Source: an uncultured Candidatus Saccharibacteria bacterium
GTDB lineage: Bacteria; Patescibacteriota; Minisyncoccia; UBA6257; 2-01-FULL-56-20
DNA length: 64,000 nt
Direction of reading: 5' to 3'
Assembly: GCA_964360585.1 (NCBI GenBank)
Contig: CAYHXC010000003.1
Location: 18,113-82,112, forward strand
The stretch's first letter is position 1; the number at the start of each line of letters is the position of its first letter. The position numbers were made by a program, and so were the translations under genes. Positions 8,000 to 17,033 of the stretch are shown here, one piece after another. The notes below the pieces were generated by a model. It did no database searches. It saw only the letters and a list, made by a program, of their open reading frames with translations, and had not been told where the DNA came from.

Positions 8000-10900
8000 C
8001 TAGGATGCTGGAACAAGCCAGATAAAGTTCCCTGCATCATCTTTTTCGTTAAGATTTATCACCCACACTCGCGACCAGGTATGATCCTGCACAATCAAAT
8101 TATCATTCCGATCAAAGGCTACTTCGCCCGGCGCGCCCATGGGCAGTCGAATAACGGCGTCGGGATTTTGTCCCATCACATAGGTTCCATCGCTTTTCTT
8201 AGCTAAGGGATTTCTATAAAGGAAAAGCTGGGTGGTGGCTCGAGTTCCGTCATTCGCCCATCCAGTGCCATCAGTTGTCACAACCATCTGGTTCTGACTA
8301 TCAAAAGCTACCGAAATCGGAGAATTTATTTTATACGGCACCTCGGAACAATTCGCCGGTTGGGTCAGAGAGTTGCTCACGAAAACTTTACGAGCGGAAA
8401 TATTTGGGAAGAGTGTCGAAGCACGTTGAATATCTTCGCCCATAAAAACGGTGATACGGTTATTCCCATGACACTCATAGTTATTTTCGATCGCATATAA
8501 ATTTCCGAGACGGTCAAACTCAATCCGACCAACGTCACACAAACTATCTGCCGAAGGAGCTCCCTTCGCTGTCCAATCATACTGTTGATTGTGATTGCAC
8601 TGAACCGATGTCTTGTTCGGTTGTCCGATAACAAGATCTACTAATAACTTTTTACTGTATTCATCGTAGTTACTCACCCGCAAAATACGGTTGTGATCGC
8701 GATCATTAATCCACAATGTATTAGTTGTCGGATCAAACTCCGGCCCAGTTTCTCGCATCGAGTACTCCACTTCCACAGTGGGATTATCTTTCCAATAGAG
8801 CGACAACTCCTGACGAACTAACTGAGGGGCCAGATTAGGATAGAGCTGATATAACATCAGATGACCGGTGTGCAGATAGGTCGTCCAGAGTCTATTTTTT
8901 TCATCTACTGCGAAAGAGAGTCGGGCGCCAGGATTATAAACGGATTTTCCTGAAGCTCCCGACGGAGCGGAAAGATAGTTTGGCCAAACCATAATGCGCT
9001 CTCGATCTTTCACGATGAGCTGATCTCCAGATACTGTCATCCCTACTGCTTCAGACAAGGCCGACAGACTGGGAATATTGGCAACAGAGAATGCTTGATC
9101 AAAGTCAGCAAAGCATCCCGCAGTATTTCCTCGTAGCTGATACCGATGCACGCCTTTATCGCGCGCTCCCCACTCATCAGCAATATAAACACGATCCTGG
9201 CCATCAAATCCCAATGACCCAGAAGGCCAGGTGAGCTCGTCGGCCAATGAAGCCACCACGCTACCATCATTTCGGATAAGCAAAGTTCGCCCTCCTCCTG
9301 GACGACTGTGCTCATTGATCCACATTGTCCCTTCCACACATTTCCCGTCCAACATCCTATTGAAGGCGAGCGTACTTGCGGTGAACCAGTATCCGGGAAC
9401 GGTGGGATATATGACCTTCCGTGCGGCCATGCCGTTTGAGAAAGGAGGCGTGAAAACCAAGATACGAACTTCAAACGCATGTTCGTGAAACTCATCGAGT
9501 ACATACAGTTCGCCAGTCGCGGGATTGATTCGCGCCAGTGTTGGATTACACATTTCGGTGAGTTCCGCGCGACGGAAGCAACCCTCTAGGCCACGACTAC
9601 TAAAACTTCCATTTTTTCTACCCAGCACCAGATCAGCTTCTTTTTGACCGGGAAGAAACCGAAGAACACGATTATTAAAAGTATCCGCCACCCAGACATT
9701 CCCTTCGTCATCAACTGAAACACCTCTCGTCGAGACATGACCAGGAGCGCCAGCGCTCGTCCAGAGCGATTCTGCATCGGGAGTTGTCCTGCCTTGATTT
9801 ACTTTATTCCCGGTGAAGTTGGCCTGACCCCACACAAAATCAGCAACTGTGTCCCCTTTTCCATTTGTTTTACTAACACTATAAGGTTCGTTGTACTTCA
9901 GCACGCGATTATTCATTACGTCCACAACATACAAATTTCCTTCCTTATCAACATCGAGATTCATGTGCTGCCACTGCTCAGCCACGTTGGCTCCGATTGG
10001 AAACTGGAGCAAGCACAAAGACGAAGCCGTAGGAGATTTATAAAAACCAAGATTGTTATCGCCATTACAAGCCGAAGAACCAAAATCCGGCTGGCCGAAA
10101 ACAAGGTTGGCGCCCGTAAGGGTTCCGCTGTATCCCAAGATACGACTATTACCGCTATCTAAAACATAGACTTTATTCGGATTGGAACTCCGATCTACCG
10201 CCACACCGGGAGTGTGATAGGTTGATCCATTTGTCGGCTGCCACCACGCGGTTTCCTTATAACTTCTTTGTCCGAATACTTTGAGCGTCTTCACACACTG
10301 TCCGTAAAAATTTGTTTCGCCGGAAGGACAGTCCCGCGCGCTATCTTGTAACATACCGAGCGTAGAAATTTTCCCCTGACTTTGAGTCGGTACATTTGGG
10401 ATGGGAAGAGGAGCTGGGTTAGAACTGTCAGAAATTGTGACGCTATTTTGTGCCGGATCCAGAGGAGAAGGCCCGATACATATTTGAGTGCAATAAATCT
10501 CCAGGGAGTATACGCCCGCTACAACAGAATTTGGAATGGTCACAAACTCACTTCCATCATTAGGAGTATTCCATATCAGGGGATATGTACCTCTTATCGC
10601 TCTATCGTTTAAAAGAATATTTACTCGAGCACTATTTCCTCCACCGCCTCCTGTCCAACGCACTTCATAGCTTCTATTTCGCTGCCATCCTACACTCCCA
10701 AGTGGAGTTACTAATCTTAATTTCTGAATCGGCTGGATTGAAGAGGAGGTGGACGCGATCGCAGGAGCCGGAGAAGAAGATACACTAGCTATTGAAGGCA
10801 CGGTAGGCACACCCGTGGCTTTTCCGGAACCAGGGGTTTGCGGCGAAAGGGCTTCATTTACTCGTTGCCGAGTAATTGGCCCAAAGTATCCCGCGGCGGG

Positions 10901-11242
10901 AGTAATGCCCACACTTGCTTGATAGCGGGCGAGAGATTGCTGGGTGAGAGGACCGAAATAGCCAGTAGAAACCTGCCCCGTGGGCCAGGCGGCCGCTGGC
11001 TTAGATTGCAAAAAGTCCTGGAGCTTCTGGACATCGTCCCCTCTGGCTCCCAAAGTTAAATCTCTCGTAAAAACAGCTGCAACCTGATATTTCTCTTCCG
11101 CAAACTGCCGCAGTATTTGTTGGCCTCTGTTTTGTAGTATCTGATCAATCTGTGCCTGCGTTAGGGCGTTCGTTTGAGCGAGTGTAATTATCGGGAAAAC
11201 AGCAACGCAAAACAAAAAGGCTATTATTTTTCGCTTTCCCAT
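8000..11242 (-). CDS. large secreted protein: signal peptide + peptidoglycan-binding (PG_binding_1-like) domain + multiple NHL-repeat beta-propeller blades
   Basis: 1080 aa; N-term MGKRKIIAFLFCVAVFPIITLAQT; PG-binding-like LTLGARGDDVQKLQDFLQ...GYFGPLTQQSLARYQ...GYFGPITRQRV; at least five NHL-like repeats (DSGNSRILGY, VDVMNNRVLKY, ADTFNNRVLRF, DRDHNRILRV, GNNRITVF). Confidence 0.5.
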   Translation of the reverse strand: MGKRKIIAFLFCVAVFPIITLAQTNALTQAQIDQILQNRGQQILRQFAEEKYQVAAVFTRDLTLGARGDDVQKLQDFLQSKPAAAWPTGQVSTGYFGPLTQQSLARYQASVGITPAAGYFGPITRQRVNEALSPQTPGSGKATGVPTVPSIASVSSSPAPAIASTSSSIQPIQKLRLVTPLGSVGWQRNRSYEVRWTGGGGGNSARVNILLNDRAIRGTYPLIWNTPNDGSEFVTIPNSVVAGVYSLEIYCTQICIGPSPLDPAQNSVTISDSSNPAPLPIPNVPTQSQGKISTLGMLQDSARDCPSGETNFYGQCVKTLKVFGQRSYKETAWWQPTNGSTYHTPGVAVDRSSNPNKVYVLDSGNSRILGYSGTLTGANLVFGQPDFGSSACNGDNNLGFYKSPTASSLCLLQFPIGANVAEQWQHMNLDVDKEGNLYVVDVMNNRVLKYNEPYSVSKTNGKGDTVADFVWGQANFTGNKVNQGRTTPDAESLWTSAGAPGHVSTRGVSVDDEGNVWVADTFNNRVLRFLPGQKEADLVLGRKNGSFSSRGLEGCFRRAELTEMCNPTLARINPATGELYVLDEFHEHAFEVRILVFTPPFSNGMAARKVIYPTVPGYWFTASTLAFNRMLDGKCVEGTMWINEHSRPGGGRTLLIRNDGSVVASLADELTWPSGSLGFDGQDRVYIADEWGARDKGVHRYQLRGNTAGCFADFDQAFSVANIPSLSALSEAVGMTVSGDQLIVKDRERIMVWPNYLSAPSGASGKSVYNPGARLSFAVDEKNRLWTTYLHTGHLMLYQLYPNLAPQLVRQELSLYWKDNPTVEVEYSMRETGPEFDPTTNTLWINDRDHNRILRVSNYDEYSKKLLVDLVIGQPNKTSVQCNHNQQYDWTAKGAPSADSLCDVGRIEFDRLGNLYAIENNYECHGNNRITVFMGEDIQRASTLFPNISARKVFVSNSLTQPANCSEVPYKINSPISVAFDSQNQMVVTTDGTGWANDGTRATTQLFLYRNPLAKKSDGTYVMGQNPDAVIRLPMGAPGEVAFDRNDNLIVQDHTWSRVWVINLNEKDDAGNFIWLVPAS

Positions 11243-11254
11243 ATTTGTAAGGTG

Positions 11255-12172
11255 TTAATCCCTTACAATTCTATCATAGATATTCAAAACGGCTTTGACG
11301 GCATCTCCAGCCGAGATATTGTTTTGTTTATAGAGAACATCGGAGACATCTCCCACCGCCCAGATGCGTGAATGAGAAGTCTGTTGGGTTTTTGGATCAG
11401 CGATCACTTCGTTAATTGGATTTAACGTCACCAGATTTTTTACAAATTCGGAGTTCGGCAAAGCGCCAATTTCAATAAACACACCTTGCACATCCAATTT
11501 TTTCTCCTCGCCGGTTTTTAAATCCTTATAAGTCATGCCTTCGACACTGTCTTTGCCAAAAATCGTTTGCGTTTCGGCAGTCAAAATAATTGTTACTTTC
11601 GGATTGCTTTTGACTTTCTCTTGTGTGACAGCATCGCCACGGAGCATCTCGTCGCGCTCTAAAAGATAAATTTTCGGCGCATAGGGCAGAAGATCAATCA
11701 CTGCTTCGAGACCAGCATTCCCACCACCAACAACCGCCACCGTTTTGTCTTTAAAAAGCGGCGCGTCGCAAATTGAGCAGTAGGCCACGCCGCGACCATC
11801 CAACTCTGCTTCGCCAGGAACATTTATTTTTCGTCGACGACTGCCGGAAGCAAGTAAAACGTATTTCGTCTCCAGTTTTTTCTCGCCGTTTGTTTCCACG
11901 ACGAGATGATCGGAAGCATCGGTGATCGCTGTCGCTAGTTCGCCTTCAATAATTTCGATTCCCTCTTGCGCCCGCACATGTTCCTCAAGCGCTTTGGCCA
12001 AATCAAACCCGGAGATGGATTTCGTGCCAATCCAGTTTTGTACATCAGCCGAAACCAACGACTGACCGCCAAAACTTTCGGTCACGAGCGCTACTTTTAT
12101 TTTTTTCCTGGCCGCATACACGCCAGCCGCGACGCCGGCCGGACCGCCACCGATAATGACAAGGTCGTACAT
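11255..12172 (-). CDS. trxB: thioredoxin-disulfide reductase family flavoprotein (TrxB-like)
   Basis: 305 aa; MYDLVIIGGGPAGVAAGVYAAR FAD motif, redox CxxC (CSICD), second NAD(P) GxGxxG (VAVVGGGNAG). Confidence 0.7.
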   Translation of the reverse strand: MYDLVIIGGGPAGVAAGVYAARKKIKVALVTESFGGQSLVSADVQNWIGTKSISGFDLAKALEEHVRAQEGIEIIEGELATAITDASDHLVVETNGEKKLETKYVLLASGSRRRKINVPGEAELDGRGVAYCSICDAPLFKDKTVAVVGGGNAGLEAVIDLLPYAPKIYLLERDEMLRGDAVTQEKVKSNPKVTIILTAETQTIFGKDSVEGMTYKDLKTGEEKKLDVQGVFIEIGALPNSEFVKNLVTLNPINEVIADPKTQQTSHSRIWAVGDVSDVLYKQNNISAGDAVKAVLNIYDRIVRD

Positions 12173-12284
12173 AAATAAAAATAGGGGTTAGGGTTAAGGG
12201 TATAGGGGTTAGTGATTAGCACAACGAGACTAATTCTAGGGCATTTTCTATACCCTATCCACTACACCCTATCCCCTGTTTTTT
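12173..12284. promoter_or_regulatory. imperfect long palindrome with telomere-like G-tract cluster (GGGGTTAGGGTTAAGGGTATAGGGG) and complementary C-tract cluster between grx-like gene and trxB
   Basis: plus strand 12184-12209 has four G3-4 runs with 3-4 nt loops (G-quadruplex-capable); 12253-12276 has matching C runs (CCCTATCC..CACCCTATCCCC); on the minus-strand transcript this forms a long G:C/G:U hairpin followed by U-rich UAUUUUUAUUU. Confidence 0.4.
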
Positions 12285-12527
12285 CTACGGAGCCAGGTTC
12301 AAAGCCTTGGCCACCGCCATCCGGTTGAAGCCAACGATGATTTTGCCATTGATATCAATCACGGGCACGCCAAATTGCCGGGACTTGTTCACCATCTCTT
12401 CCCGCGCTTTGTCGTCCTCGGCCACGTTGTGCTCGGTAAAGGCTACGCCATTCTTGGCGAAGTATTCCTTGGCCATTTTGCAGTAGACGCAGGTTGGAGT
12501 GCTGTAAAGGATAACTGGATTTGCCAT
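12285..12527 (-). CDS. glutaredoxin-like protein (NrdH/YruB-type, CxxC)
   Basis: 80 aa; ILYSTPTCVYCKMAKEYF...GVAFTEHNV...GVPVIDINGKIIVGF thioredoxin-fold glutaredoxin pattern. Confidence 0.7.
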   Translation of the reverse strand: MANPVILYSTPTCVYCKMAKEYFAKNGVAFTEHNVAEDDKAREEMVNKSRQFGVPVIDINGKIIVGFNRMAVAKALNLAP

Positions 12528-12656
12528 AAATTTCTTTAAAACTTGATATGAGCACCTTCATTCTAAGGGGAGGGTGGACGACTGTCAAAGAATTGGTTCA
12601 AGCCCTCGCTCTTTTTTGATTTTGATTCATAAACCATAGTAAAATAAGGCTCTAGC

Positions 12657-13274
12657 ATGGATTTTTCTTCTTTCGCGGAAGTGGTCGGCTGGGTCATGAC
12701 TCATAGTTATCCCCTGATCTTTCTCGTCATGGTTATCGAGGGGCCAATTGTCACGGCCGCCGCCTCCTTCGCCGCCGCTCTCGGACATCTGAACTACTAC
12801 GCGATCTTTATCCTGTCATTTCTCGGGGACCTCATGGGGGATCTTATCTACTACTCTATCGGTTATTGGGGCAGGCAGGGATTTATCGAAAAGCATGGGA
12901 AGCGTCTGGGATTGACGAAAGAAAGAATCGAACGGGTCACTACTCTTATTAAAACCCATCCGATTAAAACACTCATCACTTCAAAATATATTCCTTTGGT
13001 TTCCGCCTCCGGCCTCATCGGCGCTGGCTTAGCCCATATTCCACTCCGACGGTTTCTCCTCTTGGATATTTTAATCACCCTTCCCAGTACTATTTTTTTT
13101 ACGACCATTGGATTTTATTTCGGCGTTATCTTTGACTCCATTTTCAAATCAATCCGCAATGCGCAATACGCCGCCGCGGCCGTCATCGTCTTAGCCATAC
13201 TTTTTTTTCTGTTATACCGAAAAGTCCAAGAGTATCTTTCTCGACAACTTGAGAAAAACGGCAACGGAGTATGA
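12657..13274 (+). CDS. DedA/TVP38 (SNARE-associated) family membrane protein
   Basis: 205 aa; LIFLVMVIEGPIVTAAASFAAALGHLNYYAIFILSFLGDLMGDLIYYSIGYWGR matches DedA core. Confidence 0.65.
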   Translation: MDFSSFAEVVGWVMTHSYPLIFLVMVIEGPIVTAAASFAAALGHLNYYAIFILSFLGDLMGDLIYYSIGYWGRQGFIEKHGKRLGLTKERIERVTTLIKTHPIKTLITSKYIPLVSASGLIGAGLAHIPLRRFLLLDILITLPSTIFFTTIGFYFGVIFDSIFKSIRNAQYAAAAVIVLAILFFLLYRKVQEYLSRQLEKNGNGV

Positions 13275-14479
13275 GAATCGCTATCTGTTCGGACAATTTT
13301 TATCCAGAAACAAGCGGCATCTCTGATTCGATTATTACGACGGCAAAAGCGCTCACCCAACTGGGACACGAAATCGCTTTTTTTGTGCCGGCTTACGGAG
13401 AAAAAGATTACAAAAAAATTGGCATCACGAAAACAGATGAGCCTGATTTCGGACCGCACATCTCCATTCATCGCTTCAGCTCTACTTCTTTTCCGACCGG
13501 CACTGGCCAAGGACGCATGGTGTTTCCGACTCCTTCCGGTCTCGCCGCGTTCCGAAAGTTCAATCCTGATGTGATCCACTCACAATTATTTTTTGGCGTG
13601 GGATTAAAAGCGTACTACGCTAGCCGACTCTTCCGAAAACCATTCGTCGGCACAAATCACACCGTGATTAAAGAGTTCGTCCGCTACAGTCCGATTCGTT
13701 TGCCTGGCCTCGCCGCGTTCGCCGATTGGTATATGAACTGGTATTACAATCGCGCAATTTTTGTGACCGCGCCGGCGCGATTTCTTTTAGAGGAAATGAT
13801 CCAATCACACATGATTCGCCCGAACGAAGTTGTGCCGAACTCGGTCGATATGCAGATTTTCGATCTGCCCCAGGAAAACAAAGAAAAACTGAAAGCCGAG
13901 TTTGGTCTCTCGCCGCACACTATTACCGTCGCCGGACGTCTCTCGAAGGAAAAAAGTTTGGATGTACTTTTTCGTATTTTCCAAATTGTTCAACAAGCTG
14001 TTCCCGACGCATCACTGGCCTTAGCCGGCAGTGGCAACGCCCATGATGAACTAGTAAACCTCGCAAAGGAACTTGGGATTAGCGATGGTGTTCACTTTGT
14101 TGGTACGCTTAGTCAGTCGAAGTTGGCGAGGCTTTACGGAGCAAGCGATATCTATGCCACCGCCAGCACTTCAGAGGTGCAAAGCATGACGATGATCCAG
14201 GCCATGGGCTGTGGCCTCCCCCTGATTGGAGTAAAATCCCATGGCGTTGGTGAGCAGATCAATGGCGAGAATGGCTACGCTTTTCCGCCCGGCGATATCT
14301 CTGGTTTTGCTCAAAAAATCATCTTCTTACTGCAAAATGAGCGCGAACGATCTGAACTGGGACAAAAAGCGGCCGCTTTTGCGAAAGCTCACTATACTCC
14401 GGCGGTGATCGCTCTGCGGTTCGAGAAGATTTACGAGGACGCCATAACTGCGTATCATAAGAAGGAAGCTAAGTCCTAA
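13271..14479 (+). CDS. glycosyltransferase family 4 (GT-B, group 1)
   Basis: 402 aa; MRIAICSDNFYPETSGISD N-terminal GT4 pattern; C-terminal E..G...IEAMA-like region (SMTMIQAMGCGLPLIG). Confidence 0.75.
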   Translation: MRIAICSDNFYPETSGISDSIITTAKALTQLGHEIAFFVPAYGEKDYKKIGITKTDEPDFGPHISIHRFSSTSFPTGTGQGRMVFPTPSGLAAFRKFNPDVIHSQLFFGVGLKAYYASRLFRKPFVGTNHTVIKEFVRYSPIRLPGLAAFADWYMNWYYNRAIFVTAPARFLLEEMIQSHMIRPNEVVPNSVDMQIFDLPQENKEKLKAEFGLSPHTITVAGRLSKEKSLDVLFRIFQIVQQAVPDASLALAGSGNAHDELVNLAKELGISDGVHFVGTLSQSKLARLYGASDIYATASTSEVQSMTMIQAMGCGLPLIGVKSHGVGEQINGENGYAFPPGDISGFAQKIIFLLQNERERSELGQKAAAFAKAHYTPAVIALRFEKIYEDAITAYHKKEAKS

Positions 14480-14490
14480 CCGCCCTACGG

Positions 14491-14634
14491 GATGAATCCC
14501 CACACCTAATCGGGAAATATTATTAAAGAAATAGAAATCATGATGCTAACCACGTCAAAAATAAAAAGGTTGTCTATAGGGTCGAGAGCTGGTCGCATGG
14601 TTGCGACCGTTCCCGATTAGGTGTGGGGATGAAA
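14491..14634 (+). promoter_or_regulatory. SD/start-codon-sequestering inverted-repeat element, copy 1 (upstream of GT2 gene)
   Basis: left arm GATGAATCCCCACACCTAATCGGGAA (14491-14517) is reverse-complementary to right arm TTCCCGATTAGGTGTGGGGATGAAA (14610-14634), about 21 contiguous bp; right arm contains AGGTG SD and the ATG (14629); about 93-nt spacer with GGTCGCA-TGG-TTGCGACC hairpin. Confidence 0.6.
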
Positions 14635-15381
14635 CTAAGTTTTTCTATTCCCGCCTACAACGAAGAAAAAAATATCTGGCGCTGTCTTGATTCTATTTTC
14701 CAGGAACTTAAAGGGAAAAAGTATCAGGTGGAAATCATTGTGGTTGATAATAACTCCACCGACCGGACTGCCGAGATCGCCAAATCATACGCTGGCGTGC
14801 GCGTTGTTCCGGAAACCAAAAAAGGATTGCTCTACGCCCGCGAACGAGGATACGAAACCGCAACTGGCGATCTGATCGCGAATGTTGATGCCGATACTAT
14901 TCTTACCCCTGGCTGGATTGATACGGTTTTCCAAGAGTTTGAAGAAAATCCAAATCTCGTTGCCTTAAGCGGCCCCTATGTTTACTACGATCTTCCGCCC
15001 TTGGTGCAGATGGTCACAAAATTTTTCTATAGTTTTGGATATATAGTTCACCGCTTCAATCTTCTTTTTGGCGGCAATGGCACCATGCTTCAGGGTGGCA
15101 ACTTTGTCTTACGAAAAACAGCGCTCGATGCTATCGGCGGATTTAATACCGACATTGCTTTCTACGGCGAAGACACCGATATCGCCGTGCGCATGAGTAC
15201 AGTTGGCAAAATAAAATTCACCTACCGCTTGCCGATGAAAACATCTGGCCGGCGCTTGGCTGAAGAAGGGGTAGTGACGACCGGTTTTCGGTATGCTATA
15301 AACCATTTCTGGATGCTCCTCTTTAAGAAACCGTTTACCGTGAAATACGGGGACGTGCGGGCTCCGGAAAAAACCACGTAA
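14623..15381 (+). CDS. glycosyltransferase family 2
   Basis: 252 aa; (M)KLSFSIPAYNEEKNIWRCLDSI...IIVVDNNSTDRTAEIA; DAD motif (NVDADT); probable true start ATG 14629. Confidence 0.75.
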   Translation: MGMKLSFSIPAYNEEKNIWRCLDSIFQELKGKKYQVEIIVVDNNSTDRTAEIAKSYAGVRVVPETKKGLLYARERGYETATGDLIANVDADTILTPGWIDTVFQEFEENPNLVALSGPYVYYDLPPLVQMVTKFFYSFGYIVHRFNLLFGGNGTMLQGGNFVLRKTALDAIGGFNTDIAFYGEDTDIAVRMSTVGKIKFTYRLPMKTSGRRLAEEGVVTTGFRYAINHFWMLLFKKPFTVKYGDVRAPEKTT

Positions 15382-15383
15382 AT

Positions 15384-15489
15384 GATCCCCCCACCTTCAT
15401 CTTAAAATACTCATGTTACTGTTTAAAAAAGTCGTTTATTATAAATTCAAATCCACCTCTTGTGGCGGGTTTAAGGTGGGGGCATGAAA
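15384..15489 (+). promoter_or_regulatory. SD-sequestering inverted-repeat element, copy 4 (weaker; upstream of sugar-phosphotransferase gene)
   Basis: left GATCCCCCCACCTTCATCTTAA (15384-15406) vs right TTAAGGTGGGGGCATGAAA (15471-15489): 10-11 bp core CCCCCACCTT/AAGGTGGGGG; same GGGG-ATG-AAA start context; about 65-nt spacer. Confidence 0.4.
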
Positions 15490-16818
15490 TCCCCTCTCTC
15501 GCAAAAGACACTCCTCCTTTTCCTAGGAGATATTGTCGTCCTCTACGCGGCGCTCCTCCTCGCGCTTATTATCCGTTATGGCAGCGGCTGGCAGGACGTC
15601 CTCGATCTCCATCTTGTCCCGTTCACCATTGTCTTTCTGCTCTGGCTGATCGTTTTCTACGTCGCCGGCCTCTACGATCTCCGCCGCCTGAAAAATAATA
15701 TAACCTTCCTTTCACTTCTCAGTGTGTCCCTGGCCTTCAATGTGCTTATTACCATTGCTCTTTTCTACTTCATCTCCGCCTTCGGCATCGCTCCTCGCGC
15801 TACCCTTTCCATTCTTGTTATCGTTTTCGTCATTCTTGAACTTTTGTGGCGACGATTTTTTAATGCCCGCTTAGGCCATGCGGCCAATTTATTTAACGTG
15901 CTCATGGTTGGCGATGACCCGACAATCCAGGAGCTCACTGCAACTTTACGAAAAGATCCCCAGATCGGCTACAAGGTAGCTTTCCATATTCAAGGAACTC
16001 ACGATCTGAAAGCCGTAGAGCAATTGGAGATTCTTCTCCGGGCTAAAGGAATTGACGTGGTTGTGGTACCGCACGGGGCAAAACAAAACGTTGAGTTGCA
16101 AAAGATTTTTTATGATCTTTTAGCTTCCGGCATCGCCGTCTATGACGTCCCCGCTTTTTACGAAGAAGTTTTCCGCAAGATTCCTTTAAAGAATGTTGAG
16201 GAGTCCTGGTTCCTCGAACACATCTCCGCCCGCCGCAATGTCTATGATGATCTGAAGCGTGTCGGAGAAATGGTTATCGCATTCGCGATCGGACTTATTC
16301 TCCTCCCCTTAATCGCCCTGGTCGCTCTTCTCGTCCGGTTCACCTCTCGAGGTCCAGCTATATTTTCTCAGGAGCGGGTGGGACTTCAAAACAAAAATTT
16401 CACCCTCTATAAGTTTCGCACCATGGTTGTGAACGCCGAGCGGAATGGTGTCCAGTGGGCAAGCAAGAATGATCCGCGCGTTACCCTTCTTGGCCGCTTC
16501 CTCCGCTACACCCATCTTGATGAACTGCCTCAACTCTGGAATATCCTACGCGGCGATTTGTCGTTCGTGGGTCCGCGACCAGAACGCCCTGAGTTTGTGG
16601 CCATGCTGGAAAAGGAAATCCCCTACTATGACATCCGCCATCTTATTACTCCTGGCGTGACCGGCTGGGCCCAGATCAACTATCGTTATGGCGCTTCCGT
16701 AGAGGATTCATTTGAAAAACTACAGTACGACATCTACTATCTCAAAAACCGTTCGCTCATTCTCGACATTGCCGTCATCTTGAAGACATTACGAACCCTC
16801 TTCGTTAATGCCTCCTAG
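15484..16818 (+). CDS. polyprenyl-phosphate sugar phosphotransferase (bacterial sugar transferase, WbaP/CpsE-like initiating enzyme)
   Basis: 444 aa; N-terminal TM helices; C-terminal PF02397-like block SQERVGLQNKNFTLYKFRTMVVNAE...DELPQLWNILRGDLSFVGPRP. Confidence 0.8.
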   Translation: MKSPLSQKTLLLFLGDIVVLYAALLLALIIRYGSGWQDVLDLHLVPFTIVFLLWLIVFYVAGLYDLRRLKNNITFLSLLSVSLAFNVLITIALFYFISAFGIAPRATLSILVIVFVILELLWRRFFNARLGHAANLFNVLMVGDDPTIQELTATLRKDPQIGYKVAFHIQGTHDLKAVEQLEILLRAKGIDVVVVPHGAKQNVELQKIFYDLLASGIAVYDVPAFYEEVFRKIPLKNVEESWFLEHISARRNVYDDLKRVGEMVIAFAIGLILLPLIALVALLVRFTSRGPAIFSQERVGLQNKNFTLYKFRTMVVNAERNGVQWASKNDPRVTLLGRFLRYTHLDELPQLWNILRGDLSFVGPRPERPEFVAMLEKEIPYYDIRHLITPGVTGWAQINYRYGASVEDSFEKLQYDIYYLKNRSLILDIAVILKTLRTLFVNAS

Positions 16819-16894
16819 GAGATCTCCTTATTCGAATTGTAAGGTAGAAATATTACCTTGCGACTCTATTTAGGAAATAGGGTAAAAAAAGGCT

Positions 16895-17033
16895 ATGAAT
16901 CCCCACACCTAATGGGAAAAATAGATATAATAGTTGTATAATGACACACATGGTTCTGATTATAAAAGAGGCGGATAGTAACGGGAAGTTCTGCCGCTAC
17001 GCGGCGATTTCCCATTAGGTGGGGGGATGAAAA
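16895..17033 (+). promoter_or_regulatory. SD-sequestering inverted-repeat element, copy 2 (upstream of epimerase gene)
   Basis: left ATGAATCCCCACACCTAATGGGAAA (16895-16920) vs right TTTCCCATTAGGTGGGGGGATGAAA (17008-17033), one mismatch; CGGGAA/TTCCCG of copy 1 replaced by TGGGAAA/TTTCCCA on both arms (compensatory); spacer has TTGTATAAT extended -10-like box and GCCGC-TAC-GCGGC hairpin. Confidence 0.6.

Noticed and set aside
12184-12276. True telomere or linear-replicon end because of TTAGGG/CCCTAA units
   Set aside because: Only 2-3 degenerate units lie between two ordinary minus-strand genes within a continuous contig. A structural or regulatory hairpin or G4 is more parsimonious.
14491-17033. 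Interpreting the ATTAGGTGTGGGG-ATG-AAA elements as MITE insertions that donate start codons
   Set aside because: The right arm supplies the genuine N-terminal residues of three unrelated conserved enzymes (MKLS.., MKIL.., MKPV..). Arm differences between copies are compensatory rather than shared. Cis-regulatory structure or invertible segments fit better.
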